64,000 nucleotides of DNA from Eledone cirrhosa (GCA_964016885.1 OZ024750.1:53258001-53322000); one strand, 5' to 3'. Shown: positions 28,075 to 43,319, counted from the first letter of the stretch. Translations and numbers: made by a program. Notes: generated by a model from the letters alone, not told the origin.

Positions 28075-28517
28075 GTGTATGTATATATATGTATGTGTAC
28101 ATGTGCATATATGTATATGTATGTATGTATATATATATATGTATGTGTATCTATGTATGTATATATATATGTATGTGTGTGTATATATATATGTATGTGT
28201 GTATATTTATATATGTATGTGTGTATATATATATGTATGTGTGTATATATATGTATGTGTATATATATATGTATGTGTATATATATATGTATGTGTATAT
28301 ATATATATATGTATGTGTATATATATATATATATATGTATGTGTATATATATATGTATGTGTATATATATATATATATATGTATGTGTATATATATATAT
28401 ATGTGTATATATATATATATGTGTATATATATATATGTGTATATATATATATGTATGTGTATATATATATATATATATGTATGTGTATATATATATATAT
28501 GTGTATGTATATATATG

Positions 28518-28582
<65 letters not shown>

Positions 28583-28686
28583 ATATATATATATATGTGT
28601 ATGTATATATATGTATGTGTATATATATATATGTGTATATATATATGTATATATATGTATGTGAGTGTGTATATATATGTATGAGA

Positions 28687-28730
<44 letters not shown>

Positions 28731-28743
28731 ATATATATGTATG

Positions 28744-28776
<33 letters not shown>

Positions 28777-28955
28777 ATATATGTATGTATGTATGTATAT
28801 ATGTATGTATGTATATATATATGTATGTATATATATATATGTATGTATGTATATATATATATGTATGTATATATATATATATATGTATGTATATATATAT
28901 ATGTATGTATGTATATATATATGTATGTATATATGTATGTATGTATATATATATG

Positions 28956-29024
<69 letters not shown>

Positions 29025-29053
29025 GTCTGTATATATATATATATATATATATG

Positions 29054-29093
<40 letters not shown>

Positions 29094-29679
29094 TGTATAT
29101 ATATATATATGTCTGTATATATATATATATGTATGTATGTATATATATATGTATGTATATATATATGTATGTATATATGTATGTATGTATATATATATGT
29201 ATGTATATATGTATGTATGTATATATATATGTATGTATATATGTATGTATGTATATATATATGTATGTATATATATATATGTATGTATGTATATATATAT
29301 ATGTATGTATATATATATATATATGTATGTATATATATATATGTATGTATATATATATATATGTATGTATATATATATATGTATGTATGTATATATATAT
29401 GTATGTATATATATATATATATGTATGTATATGTATATATATATATGTATGTATATATATATATATATGTATGTATATATATATATATATATATGTATGT
29501 ATATATATATATATATATATGTATGTATATATATATATATATATATGTATGTATATATATATATATGTATGTATATATATATATAAATGTATGTATATAT
29601 ATATATAAATGTATGTATATCTATATATATGTATGTATATATATATATATATGTATGTATATATATATATATATGTATG

Positions 29680-29712
<33 letters not shown>

Positions 29713-29713
29713 G

Positions 29714-29766
<53 letters not shown>

Positions 29767-29907
29767 GTATGTATGTATATATATGTATGTATGTATATAT
29801 ATATATGTATGTATGTATATATATATGTATGTATGTATATATATATATATGTATGTATGTATATATATATATATATATATGTATGTATATATATATATAT
29901 ATATATG

Positions 29908-29946
<39 letters not shown>

Positions 29947-30085
29947 ATATATATATATATATATATATGTCTGTATATATATATATATATGTATGTATAT
30001 ATATATATATATATATGTATGTATATATATATATATATGTATGTATATATATATATATATGTATGTATATATATATATATATATG

Positions 30086-30163
<78 letters not shown>

Positions 30164-30240
30164 TGTATATATATATATATATGAATGTATATATATGTAT
30201 ATATATGTATGTATATATATATATATGTATGTATATATGT
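27479..30240. repeat. Long (TA)n/(TATG)n microsatellite containing a ~60-bp RTE family B 3' stub at 27740-27802
   Basis: Directly visible; the stub is ccaaacccatgcaagcgtggaacacggacgctaaacc(tga)n. Confidence 0.95.
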
Positions 30241-30767
30241 AGATAAATCTACCAAGAGTTTACGGTAGTGTCCAATCCGTATGAAGAACTCAATGTAATC
30301 CGGATATCATGGAAAGAAGAGATGCATTCAAAAATCACTTTCGGTGAAAGATAAACGGAATACAGAGTCAAGATAAAATATTTAAAAAATAATGAATAAA
30401 ACAATGAAACAGTTCCTTATATTAAACAAAAAAAGTTCATTATTTAACGATCGTTTCTAGGACATATATGTGTTAGAATTGGCATGCATATTCAACAGAT
30501 CCATGTTCAAAATTATACAAACTATCAAATTTAATATACATACCAACACATATATATGCCATCTTCTGAAGATGGCATATATATGTGTTGGTATGTATAT
30601 TAAATTTGATAGTTTGTATAATTTTGTATAATTTTGTACATGGATCTGTTGAATATGCATGCCAATTCTAACACATATATGTCCTAGAAACGATCGTTAA
30701 ATAATGAACTTTTTTTGTTTAATATAAGGAACTGTTTCATTGTTTTATTCATTATTTTTTTAATATT
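30240..30767. mobile_element. Probable Penelope-like pLTR with a fold-back inverted duplication (palindrome 30377-30767, centre ~30567)
   Basis: Arms of ~190 bp. Contains CTGAAGA...GAAACGATCGTT, a hammerhead-like core. Confidence 0.6.
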
Positions 30768-30948
30768 GTATGTATATATATATATGTATGTATATATATA
30801 TATGTATATATATATATGTATGTATATATATATATGAATGTATATATATATATATATATATGTATGTATATATATATATGTATATATATATATGTATATA
30901 TATATATGTATGTATATATATATATGTATGTATATATATATATGAATG

Positions 30949-30983
<35 letters not shown>

Positions 30984-31024
30984 ATATATATATGTATGTA
31001 TATATATATATGAATGTATATATA

Positions 31025-31065
<41 letters not shown>

Positions 31066-31322
31066 ATATATATATGAATGTATATATATATATGTGTATA
31101 TATATATATATGTATGTGTATATATATATATATATATGTATGTGTATATATATATGTATGTATGTATGTATGTATATATATGTATGTATGTATGTATATG
31201 TATGTATGTATGTATGTATATATATATATGTATGTATGTATGTATATATATATGTATATATATATGTATATATATATGTATATATATATATATGTCTGTA
31301 TATATATATGTATATCTATATG

Positions 31323-31403
<81 letters not shown>

Positions 31404-31405
<2 letters not shown>

Positions 31406-34400
31406 CATCATCATCATCACCGTTTTACGTCCGTTCTTCCACGCTAGCATGGGTTAGACGGGTTGTCCTGTTGTGTGCAGTGTCTGGTCGGCTGACCATG
31501 CCTTGCTCATACAGGAACTGATCTGGCTTGATTTCTACAGCTGGATGCCCTTCCTAACACCAACCTCATTTACAGTGAGTGCTGGGTGCTTTTTCGTGGC
31601 GCCTACACGTCCACTTTACAGTGTGGGCTGGGTGCTTTTTTGCCGTGGCACCTCCACGACCACCTTGCGGTGGGGGGTGTGGGGGCATATTGTTTATATG
31701 CTTCAGCATGTACCCATGGGAGGTCGGGTACTCGGTATTACTGCGTGACGCCAGAAGTCACGGTCGTGTGTCATTGTCTTTGAGAGGTGTAATTGGGTAA
31801 GGTCGGCTTTTATCACCTCATCCCAGGTCATCTTGGGTCTCCCCAATCCGCGGTTTCCATCAACTTCTAGTGCTCTGCACCTTTTTATGCAGCTGTCATC
31901 CTTCATACGGATCACATGTCCATACCAGCGCAACTGCCTCTCCTGCACACAGCATTTGATTCCTCTTATGCTCAGTCTCTCTCTCAATTCATTTATGCTT
32001 TGTCGTTCACGTATATTACTGTTACACATCCATCGGAGCATGCAGGCTTCGTTTCTCTCTAATCTACGTAAGTCTTCCACCTTCAGCGCCCAGGTCTCAC
32101 TACCATGCAACATCGCTGTTCGGATACACGTATCATACAGTCTGCCTTTCATTCTGAGGGAGAAGCCATTTGCAGCTAGCAGTGGTAATAGTTCCCTAAA
32201 CTTCTTCCATCCCGTTCTTACCCTAGTTATTATACTTTCTGAACACCCACCTCCGTTGCTAATTCGGTCACCTAGGTAGCAGAAGCTGTCTACTGTTTCT
32301 ACAGGGCCCTCCCAGAGATTGGTGGTACTTGTTTCCTGTGGCTGTTTGCTTGCTGTTTCAGCACAGCTGCTGCATGTGAATCCTACATTCTTAATTAAGC
32401 TTCCTGAGATCCCGCTACATCTCTTGTGTACCCATTGTTTGCATTTGGGGCAGAGAATGGAGTTCCTACCTACACCTTTCCTACATACTGAGCAAGGCCA
32501 TTTCCCTGAGGGGATCTGGGTTCTGTTTTCTCGTCTACTTACAAGGACCTTAGTCTTTGTCATGTTGACTTTGAGACCCTTTCTTTCTAGTCCCTGCTTC
32601 CAGGTTTGGAATTTATTCTCTAGTTCTACCATAGATTCAGCTATGAGTACGAGGTCATCAGCATACAGGAGTTCCCATGGGCATCCGGTCTTAAACTCCT
32701 CCGTTATTGCCTGCAGGCCTATGATGAACAGGAGAGGGCTAAGAACAGAGCCCTGGTGGACCCCAACCTGTATGCTAAATTCCTCGCTATACTCATTGCT
32801 AATCCTAACTTTGCTGACTGCTCCCCTATACATGGCTTGTACCGCTTTCACAAGCCATTCATCTACTCCTAGTTTTCTAAGAGCCCACCAGATTACAACA
32901 CGTGGAACTCTGTCAAAGGCTTTCTCAAGGTCGACAAATGCCAAGTAGAGTGGCTTACTTTTAGCTAGGTACTTTTCCTGTAATTGCCTCACAAGGAAGA
33001 GGGCATCAGTGGTGCCTCTTCTTGGTACAAACCCAAATTGCATCTCGTCTATTTTCACCCGGTCCCTAATCAGCTGTGCTATAACTCTTTCTGTTATTTT
33101 CATGACCTGGTCCATCAACTTTATACCTCTATAGTTTCCTCTATCTAGTGCATCACCTTTACCTTTGTACCAGTTGACAATGATGCTACTGCACCAATCT
33201 TTTGGTATGGCACCTTCTAGTATTACCTGGTTAACGATACGTGTGGTTATAGTGTGACCTACAGACCCAGATGCCTTCAGCATCTCGGCAGCTATACCCG
33301 ATGGACCGGTTGCCTTCCCCATCTTCATATCTTTGATTGCCTTACTTACTACGCTGCTGCTGACTTGTACTGCTGGTCCCTCTATAGGGTCTACTTGGGG
33401 TAGGGTCTCTTCTTCCCATGCATTCTCCTCATTTAGTAATCTATCATAATGACTCTTCCATGCATCTTTCTTCTCAGCACTTGTGAGGGCAAGCTCACCT
33501 TTATCATTCCAGATACACTTCTCTCCAATGACATCACAACTATCTCTGACACACTGCCTCGCAATCTTGAATACCTCCTGTTTCTGGTCCTCACGTTGCA
33601 AAACATGCTTGAATTTTCTATCCTCTGCTTCCCTCCTAGCTAAGTATACTTGTCGCCTAGCCTCCCTCTTGGTCTCTATGTAATGTACCCTGCTCCCCCC
33701 GTTCTTCCATTCTTTCCATGCCTGTCTCTTGGCCTTAACTGCTTCATCTTCTTTATTGTTCCACCACCAAGTCACTCTCCTCCTGCTTGAGGTCTTACTC
33801 CAGCCACAGACCTCATCCGTCGCCTCTAGTAAATTATTTTTTAGGAACTCCCAGTTCTCTTCTACATTAAATGTCTCTATCTGTTCTTCTTTACTGTCGT
33901 AGGCGTTGAGTAAAATATCTTTAAATCTGTTACTGGTTGAGGGGACTTTCAGCTTCCAGATCTTTCTTCTCCAGGTTGGCCTCTGTTTCCGGGTTCGTCT
34001 AGTTCTGACCGTGAGGTCGCTGACAGCTAAGTTATGTTGGGATGTACATTCCTCACTAGGGAAGGCTTTTGTGTTTACGACCGTCCATCTGTCACGTCCT
34101 CTGATGAGGATAAAATCTAAATGACTAGAGTGCTCCCCTGATCTATAGGTGATCAAGTGGTTGTCGGGTTTTTAAAAGTTTGTGTTACATATCGACATGT
34201 CATTGGCGTCGCAGAATTCTAGAAGTCTGAATCCTTCCTCATTCCTTGTGCCAACCCCATGGCCTCCATGTACTCTATTGAAGCCGTCGCAGTGTTTACC
34301 TACGTGTCCGTTAAAATCTCCTGCGATGATTAGGAAGTCATTGTCGTCTGTTAGAGCAGTAGTGTGCATTAGGGACTCGTAAAAACCTATCCTTAAGTTC

Positions 34401-34800
34401 GTCTGGCAGCCCCGATTGGGGTGCGTAAGCTGATATTATTGTGGTAATTGTTTTATTCAGGACTAGTCTGAGTTTAATGATTCTTGCATTTACCCTGTAC
34501 ACTGAGATTACTTTATTTACCCACTTGTCAGCTAGTAGTATACCTACACCACCCATCCCATCGTCATTTCCCACCCAGAAAATTTTGTAGCACCGACTTT
34601 TTCCTACAAGGACTCTAGCAGACTCTCCTCTCCATCTAGTCTCTTGCACACAGCATACATCAATTTCCTTTCACTCTACCATTTCTACGATTTCTCCTGC
34701 TCTTCCTTTCATTGAGCCTACATTGATGGTACCAACTCGGAGTTTTGGGCATTTGTCGACACTCGTAGGGAAGGGTCTCTGGGTTGGGGCTTCACGTGGG
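31404..34800 (-). mobile_element. Near full-length RTE family C LINE with frameshifts in the APE region
   Basis: APE fragments (QETRWRG, YAPQSG, GDFNGHVG), then ORF 34156-31703 with RT (HQGS, LLYADD) and a PHD-like cluster; (GAT)n tail at 31404. Confidence 0.94.
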
Positions 34801-35832
34801 TGCTTGGTAGCTCGCAGATTCATATTTCATCTATTGATTCAGAGTTGCTCAAATTTATTCTCAGCTCATCCATCCATAACGGTGGGAAAATTGAGGGCTA
34901 GAAGAACAGTGGTGGTGGGATAATGGCATGGTGTGTTGGGCTGCGACAGGGGAGGAGAGAGTTAGTTAGGTAGTAGTAGTAGTAGCAGCCGTAGAAATGG
35001 CATGCTGAGGTTTGATTGGTCGAATAGGCTATGGCAGTGTGAGGGGGTGGGAGGGAGGGAAATTGTGAGGTAGGCACTGAGGGTCGCCTTCAAGACCGCA
35101 TGGTAAATCCGAAATAATACAGCAGAAAACAGCAGTAATATTAATAATAATAATGTCATAAGAGCTAAGATACCTTCGTAAATTTGTGTGGATGGGTGGC
35201 TGGAACGAAACCGAATCAAGACCGCATGGTAAATCCGAAATAATACAGCAGAAAAACAGGCTAAATGTATGTATGTGTATATATATATATGTATGTGTAT
35301 ATATATGTATGTATGTGTATATATATGTATGTATGTGTATATATATGTATGTATCTGTATATATATGTATATATATATATGTGTATATATATGTATGTGT
35401 ATGTATATATATGTATGTGTATATATATATATGTATGTGTATATATATATATGTATGTGTATGTATATATGTATGTGTGTGTATATATGTATGTGTATAT
35501 ATATATGTGTATATATATATATATGTGTGTATATATATATATATATGTGTGTATATATATATATGTGTGTATATATATATATGTGTGTGTATATATATAT
35601 ATGTATGTGTATATATATATATATATATAGTGACGAAACAAGTCAATTCCATGAACTCATATATATATGTGTATATATATATATGTATGTGTGTGTATAT
35701 ATATATATATATGTATGTGTGTATATATATATATGTATGTGTGTATATATATATGTATGTGTATATGTATGTGTGTATATATGTATGTGTGTATATATAT
35801 GTGTATATCTATGTGTGTCTATATATGTATTA

Positions 35833-36159
35833 TCATCATCAATTTAAGTCCACTTTTCCCTGCTTGCAAGGGTGGGACGGGAACTGATTCTGGCTTGATT
35901 TCTACAGCTGGATGCCCTTCCTAACACCAACCTCATTTACAGTGCTGGGTGCTTTTTTGCCGTGGCACCTCCATGACCACTTTGCAGTGGAATGATATGG
36001 ACCCCAGTCCCTATCATCTCATTTCTACAGCTGAGTAAACTGGAGCAACGTGAAATAAAGTGTCTTGCTCAAGGAACAACACATCACTCGGGCTGAGAAT
36101 TGAACTCACAATCTTTCGAATGCAAGGCCAATACTCTAACCACTAAGCCATATGCCTCC
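35833..36159 (-). mobile_element. tRNA-headed CORE-like SINE with RTE family C-like tail
   Basis: Reverse complement of the copies at 50142 and 56381. Confidence 0.85.
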
Positions 36160-36175
36160 TGTATACATATGTGTG

Positions 36176-36222
<47 letters not shown>

Positions 36223-36400
36223 GTGTATATGTTTGTGTGTATATATATATGTGTATATGTATGTGTGTATATACATATATATATATATATGTATGTGTGT
36301 ATATATATATATATGTGTGTATATATATATGTGTGTATATATATATGTGTGTATATATATATGTGTGTATATATATATGTGTATGTGTGTATATATTATA

Positions 36401-36436
<36 letters not shown>

Positions 36437-36469
36437 GTATGTGTGCATATATATATATATATATATAGT

Positions 36470-39075
36470 AAAAAATTGAACGGGAACAAAACAGAGAGGC
36501 AGTACGAACAAGGGTTTATTAGTTTCACGCTCTTGAGAGTGGGGTGGTGGTGGGGAACGACGTTTCAGGCATAAGCCCTTCTTCAGGTGAAAAGTGTGTG
36601 GGAAGAGAGTTCCAAGGGTGTGTAGGGGAGTGGTGGAGAGACATATAGGAAAAAGGGGGTGAGAGGAAATGGTACAAATGAAATTAAATATAAAAGCATG
36701 ATAAAAATAATAAACATGAAGTAAAACAGGTGGTGGAAGGGTGTAGGGGTGGTGGCGGGTGGAGTGGGGAGAAGGAGGCGGGGTGTCCGAGCGGGGAGGG
36801 CTGAAGGTGGTGTGTGTGTGTATGTGAAAGTAAGAGTTGGGGGAAGAACGGGTTTGCATGTTCAGGAAGAGGTGTGTGTGGGATGGGGTGTAGGTAGGAG
36901 TGTGTGTGCGTGTGTGGATGGGGAGGGGTCAGAGAGGTGGGGGAGAGGATTCCGGAGGCTGAGTCTAAATATGTGGTGGTACGCACGTGTGTGTGTGGTG
37001 TTTATGCGTGTTGTGGATGTAGGTGGCGTGTGGGAAAAAATTTTTTTTGAGTGTATGTCAGTGGGTGAGTCCTTAAGGTAGTTCCGTAGAGGATGTGGTG
37101 GATGCTGGGTAATATCCTTGGGATGTGGTGGATTCTAGGGATCGATATTCACATATGTGTAATCCGTGAAGAGATTGGTCGGAAGAGGGGAGATGTGGGG
37201 TGCGCGCGCAACAGGACGTGGTCAGAGGGTCAAGGCAGGAGGAGGGTTGTGTGTCTGTGTGTGCGGGGAGGTGGTCAGAGATAAGGGCATAGCAGCAGTA
37301 GGGTAGAATGGTAAGTGAAGAAAGTTGGTGTGCGGAGGTGCGGTGGACAGGGGAGAGGATGGGTAGGTGTGAAAGTTGGAGTGAGGAGGGGGTGTGTGAG
37401 TATTAGTAGAGGTGTTAGTGGGATGTGTGTGTGTGTGAGAAAGGGTGTGGGTGGAGCGGGGAGAGAAGGGTGTGGGGCCGGTGGAGGGAGTGTAGTGTAC
37501 TGGTGTGTGTGTGTGCGTGTTTGGATGAGTGTGTCTGTCGTGAAGGGGGTGTTAGTGGGTGTTAGTATACTGGAGGTGGGGAAAGGGTTGAATGTGGGGG
37601 TCAGTGGTGGTAGGGTGTGTAAGAGGGTGTGTGTGTTCGTGTGCGTAGGGTTGGGGGGTGTTAGTGATGTTAGTTGTGGGGTGGTGGGGTGGAAGTGTGG
37701 GGGTGAGGGTTAGTGGTGGTAGTAGGGTGTGTTTAGTGTGAGCGCGTGTATATATGTACCGGTGGGTGTGTGCATGTGATAAGGAGGGGGGGAGAAGGGA
37801 GGGATGTTAGTATGTTAGTTGGGGAAGGGTGGTCGGGTTCGGGGTGGAGGTGTTAGTATTGTTAGTTGTGGGGTGGGCGGTGAAAAGGAGGGGTGTGTTA
37901 GTGGGGGATATGTGTGGGGGGAGGGGGCGGTCGAAGGCTAAAGGAATAAGGGTGGGGAGTTCAGGCCGGGGGGAGTGTGGGCCTGTAGGGTGAAGATGGT
38001 CCATTGTGCGACCCTGAGGAGAGTGGCGGGTGTTCCGTGGCATTGGAGTAGGCCACACTGAGGTGGTGTGCGGAATGTCCAGGGGCACCAAAGTGGCGGA
38101 CGATGGGGGAACTACCACCGAGACGAATATCTTGGAGGTGTTCAGTAAACCTGTGCACCAGGCGACGTCCAGTCTGTCCGACGTAGGTCGCGCTGCACTC
38201 CGTGCAGCGAAGTCCGTAGACTTGGTTGGAGGAGGTGCAGCGGAAGGCATGCCGGACAGAGAGAGAGTGGGACCCTGGAAGGTGGTGGTGTTGGTGATGT
38301 GGGGACAGGTGTTGAAGCGGGGCCTGGAACAGGGAAGGGAACCGGGGGGAGGGAGGAGAGCGTGGGTTGAGGGGTAGGGAGCTGTGGACGAGAGGGTGCG
38401 GAGATTGCGTGCGCGTTTGAAGGAGGGGAGTGGTGGGGCTGGGAAGATGTGGGAGGTGGATGGGTCGGACTGGAGGCGGAGGATGGTGCGGTGGAGGGTT
38501 GGTAGGTGATGGGGAAGGGGAGACAGTGGGTGGGTGGGTGGTGGAGCGGTGGACAGCATGGGCGCGGGTGAGAGCGGTGTGGACGAGAAGGGGGGGGGGG
38601 GGGGGGGTAACCTCTGCGGGATGAAATGGCTGGCTAGGGAAAGGGCCTGGGACTCGAAGTCAGCATCACGGCTACAGAGGCGGCGCATCCTGAGGAGTTG
38701 GGAGTAGGGAATAAAGTGTTTAATGTGTGTGGGGTGGGAAGAGGTGAAGTCGAGGTAGGTGTGGGAGTCGGTGGGTTTGAAGAAGGCGGAGGTGACGAAG
38801 GAGTGGTGGGAGGGGTCGAAGGCGACGGAGATGTCTCAGAAGTGGACGTGGGTGGTGGAGATAGAGGTGGTGAAGTGGAGGGAGGGGTGGAAGGAGCAGA
38901 AGAAGGAGAGAAAGGAGTCGAGCTGTTCTCGGGTGAAGGTTGGCATAGTTTGGGCCCATTCTTGTACCCATGGCTAGCCCCGTGACCTGTTGGTAAAACT
39001 CACCCGAGAAGGAGAAACAGTTGAGAGTGAGGACCAGCTCGACGAGGCGAAGGACGGGAGTTTTCCCACTTGAGG
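36470..39075 (-). mobile_element. Penelope-like element, 5'-truncated and frameshifted: RT remnant, GIY-YIG endonuclease, long CA-rich 3' region and a hammerhead-like core at ~36556-36590
   Basis: Minus-strand peptides AMGTRMGPNYANL, MRRLCSRDADFESQA, LPSFKRARNLR and HRFTEHLQDIR..PIVRHF..PGH. Core motif cCTGAAGAagggcttatgcctGAAAcgtc. Confidence 0.85.
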
Positions 39076-39081
39076 CAATAG

Positions 39082-39956
39082 AGGTTTTCTACAGCTGGAT
39101 GCCCTTCCTAACACCAACCCCGTTTACAGCGTGGACTGTGTGTTTTTTTTTTGTCGTGACACCTACACGACCTCATTTGTTTCGGACTGGATGTTGTGGT
39201 ACCAACATAACTTCACATTGAAAGGGGTGGTGTGGATGGGGTGGGGGTAGTGGGACGGGGGTGTATTTTGTTAGAGGTGCCTACTGACTGTAGTAGGTTT
39301 CACTTTGTACTTAGGTAAGGCGGGTCTTCTGTATTACTGTGTAGCGCCAAAGATCTCGGTCCAGTGACATTGTCTTGGAGAGGTGTAAGTGTGTAAGGTC
39401 GGAATTTATCAAGTCGTCCCAGGTTTTTCTGGGTCTGCCTACTCCGTGGCTACCGTCTATTTTTATTGCCCTGCACTTTTTTATACAGCTGTCGTCTTTC
39501 ATGAGCATCACGTGACCATACCAACGTAGTCTTCTCTCGAGTAAACAACATCTGATCCCTCTTATTTCTAATTTTTCCCTTAGTTCGTTCATGCCTTGCC
39601 GTTCACGTATATTACTATTACACATCCAGCGGAGCACGCAAGCTTCGTTCCTCTCCAGTCTGCATATATCCTCTGCACACAATGCCCAGGTCTCACTGCC
39701 ATGTAACATTGCTGTTCGTATGCAGGCATCATACAACCTGCCTTTCAGTTTTAGAGAGAACCCTTTAGCGGCTAATCGTGGTATAAGCTCTCTGAACTTT
39801 TTCCATCCAGTTCTGACTCTAGCTACTGTACTTTCAGAGCACCCTCCACCACTGCTGATTTTGTCACCCAAGTAACGGAAGGTGTCCACTATTTCTATAG
39901 AACCATCTGTGCAATGGAATGAGATAGTATCCTGTGGGCACTTGCTGCTACTTATT
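39082..39956 (-). mobile_element. RTE family B-related 3' fragment
   Basis: [13 protein letters not shown]...QKTRLT plus a partial 3' UTR. Confidence 0.9.
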
Positions 39957-40011
39957 GTATATATATATATATATACACACACACATATATATATATATAT
40001 ATTTATATGTG

Positions 40012-40066
<55 letters not shown>

Positions 40067-40227
40067 ACCAAAGAAGCCTTCAATACATCAAAAGGCTTCT
40101 TTGATTTATTTTCATAATTCTTCGGCTCTGTTTAATTACATTGAGCTATATCTTTACTGTCATTTCTATAATATGAAGAGGGTGTTTAACTCCAACACAC
40201 TCTAGTATTTTAATTCTTATATATGTG

Positions 40228-40279
<52 letters not shown>

Positions 40280-40282
<3 letters not shown>

Positions 40283-40591
40283 AAAGTTATATTTAAAATT
40301 TTTGGGTTACAACTAGTAAATATTTATAACTGATATAAAAGCACTCGACAAATATTTGGAGTATATTTACAATATTAAATAAATGGAAACTATATTTATA
40401 AAACCATATATATTTCATTATATATATTTCGGGGATATCATATTAACAATATGCTATGCCTTCCTCAGACAAAATACAATATAAACAGTTTTATAGATAA
40501 ATAGATTCGACATACCGTTATAACACCGACTTCATTTGAAGACGTTTAAGCTGGCAGCTTAAACGTCTTCAAATGAAGTCGGTGTTATAAC
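40280..40591 (-). mobile_element. Penelope-like pLTR fragment with a hammerhead-like motif (~40411-40476) and a terminal hairpin at 40517-40591
   Basis: Minus strand tattttgtCTGAGGA...GAAAtatataTAatgaaata. Homologous to 56780-57022. Confidence 0.6.
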
Positions 40592-41578
40592 TCTCCATAG
40601 AAGAGTTGTTTTGGTATTCTAGAATCCTTCATCCTGGCAAGGTGACCACTCCAACGGAGTTGTTGCTTAAGCACAAGAGCTTCTATACTGTCACACATAG
40701 AGCTTTCCAAAATCTCGACATCACTGATGTGGTCCCTCCAGTGAACGCCATGGATCCGTCTGAGACACATCTGATGGAAACGCTCCAATTGCTTAATGTG
40801 GTGTCGATATGTGACCCAGGTCTCGCAGGCATAAAGAAGACAAGAGAGTACACATGCCCTGTACACCTTTACCTTTGTCCTCCTGCATATGTCTCGCCGA
40901 CCCCAGAGTCGCCTTTCTAGCTTTCCGAAAGCATCACTTGCTTTCCTAATCCTAAGTGAGATTTCACTGTCAAGGTTGCTGTATCGATTGACAGTGCTTC
41001 CCAGGTAGACAAACTGATCAACCACTCCAAGTCGTTTGCCATACACATAAATGTTTGGTTCAGTGTACTGCTTACCAGGGGCAGGTTGGTACATGACGAC
41101 GGTTTTCTTGAGACTGACAGTCAAACCCAGAGCAGTACAAGCGTCAGAAAATGCATTCAAAATGTGCTGTATATCACTCTCTGTGTGCGCTACAAGATCG
41201 CAATCATCTGCATACAAGAGGTCTCTTATGTAAATACTTTTGTCTTCGCAGCAAAGCGCCTGATGTTAAATATGCTGCCAGATGTTCGATATCGGATGTA
41301 AACACCATGCTCGCAATTCCTGAATGCAATACAGAAAACCATTGCAAAGTATATGGCAAACAGGGTCGGTGCTGGAATATCCCCCTGTTTCACTCCATTT
41401 TATACTGAGATAGGCTCCGACATGTTACCCCCGACATTAACCGAAGCCTTCATGTCGTCATGGAAAGACCTAACTAAAGCAAGGAACTTATCAGGGCAAC
41501 CAAGTTTCTGGAGAACCTTCCATAATGCATCTGTTGACAGTATCGAAAGCCTTTGTCAGATCGACAAAAACCTGATAC
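40590..41578 (-). pseudogene. RTE family A internal RT fragment
   Basis: YADDCDLVAH...RIPKQLFYGEL. Highly similar to 2850-3848 with small deletions. Confidence 0.92.
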
Positions 41579-41649
41579 ATATATATATATATATATATAC
41601 ATACATACACACATATATATATACATACACACACATATATATATATATA

Positions 41650-41970
41650 CAAAATGTTAACAAATGAAAAATATTCGCATAATCAAAATATATACTTTAT
41701 TATATATATTTCAAAAGTACTGTGCTGTTTTTTTCAGTACGTCCTCATCAGACAAAATTTATGAATAATCAAGACCGTAGCGGTATGTCATATATCAAAT
41801 CATAAATTTTGTCTGATGAGGATGTACTGAAAAAAACAGCACAGTAATTTTGAAATATATATAATAAAGTATATATTTTGATTATGCGAATATTTTTCAT
41901 TTGTTAACATTTTGAATAATATTAAAAACTGCAGGAAAACTTTTTTTGTTGAGTGCTTCTAATCTTTGGT
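41650..41970. mobile_element. Penelope-like pLTR with an inverted duplication (41650-41914); hammerhead motif present on both strands
   Basis: Plus strand ~41805-41869: ttttgt-CTGATGA-ggatgtactg..cagtaatttt-GAAA-tatata-TA-ataaag. Mirror copy at ~41695-41760. Confidence 0.7.
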
Positions 41971-41984
41971 TATATATGTGTATG

Positions 41985-42036
<52 letters not shown>

Positions 42037-42044
42037 TGTATGTG

Positions 42045-42430
42045 TGGGGAGACCCAAGATGACCTGGGATGAGGTGATAAAAGCCGACCATACCCAATTA
42101 CACCTCAACGACTGTGACTTGTGGTGTCACGCAGTAATACAGAGTACCCGACCTCCCATGGGTACAAGCTGAAGCATATAGACAATATACCCCCACTCCC
42201 CCCACCGCAAGGTGGTCGTGGAGGTGCCACGGCAAAAAAGCACCCAGCCCACACTGTAAATGAGGTTGGTGTTAGGAAGGGCATCCAGCTGTAGAAATCA
42301 AGCAAAATCAGTTCCTGTATGAGCAAGGCATGGTCAGCCGACCAGACACTGCCCACAACAGGACAACCCGTCTAACCCATGCTAGCATGGAAGAACGGAC
42401 GTAAAATGGTGATGATGATGATGATGATGA
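42045..42430 (+). mobile_element. RTE family C 3' fragment with (GAT)n tail
   Basis: [14 protein letters not shown] plus the family C 3' UTR. Confidence 0.88.
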
Positions 42431-42434
42431 ATGT

Positions 42435-42752
42435 ATAAAAGTGTAAAGACTCCCTTCGGTCACGAATCACCATGGGATTTGCACCTAGAAAGTTTTCCTC
42501 CGAGGCACAAGTCCAGGCAAGGTTGTTTGTGGAAGACCAATAGTCGCTCATGCATACCAGTCTCCCCTCTCCATGCCACCGATGAGGTTCCAGGGAAAGG
42601 CAATGGCTGATACAGCTTGGCACCAGTGATGTCGCAACTCATTTCAACAGCTGAGTAAACTGGAGCAATGTGAAATAAAGTGTCTTGCTCAAGGAAACAA
42701 CACATCACCCGGTCTGAGAATTGAACTCACAACCTTTCGATTGCAAGCCCAA
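42435..42752 (-). mobile_element. SINE with the same tRNA/CORE-like head but a different 3' body
   Basis: 42640-42750 matches the head and core of the other SINE copies; 42435-42635 is unrelated to their tail. Confidence 0.65.
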
Positions 42753-42784
42753 TGCACCTTTACTGAATGTATATATATATATGA

Positions 42785-43262
<478 letters not shown>

Positions 43263-43319
43263 CACACACCACACCACACCACACCACACCACACCACACC
43301 ACACCACACACACACACAC

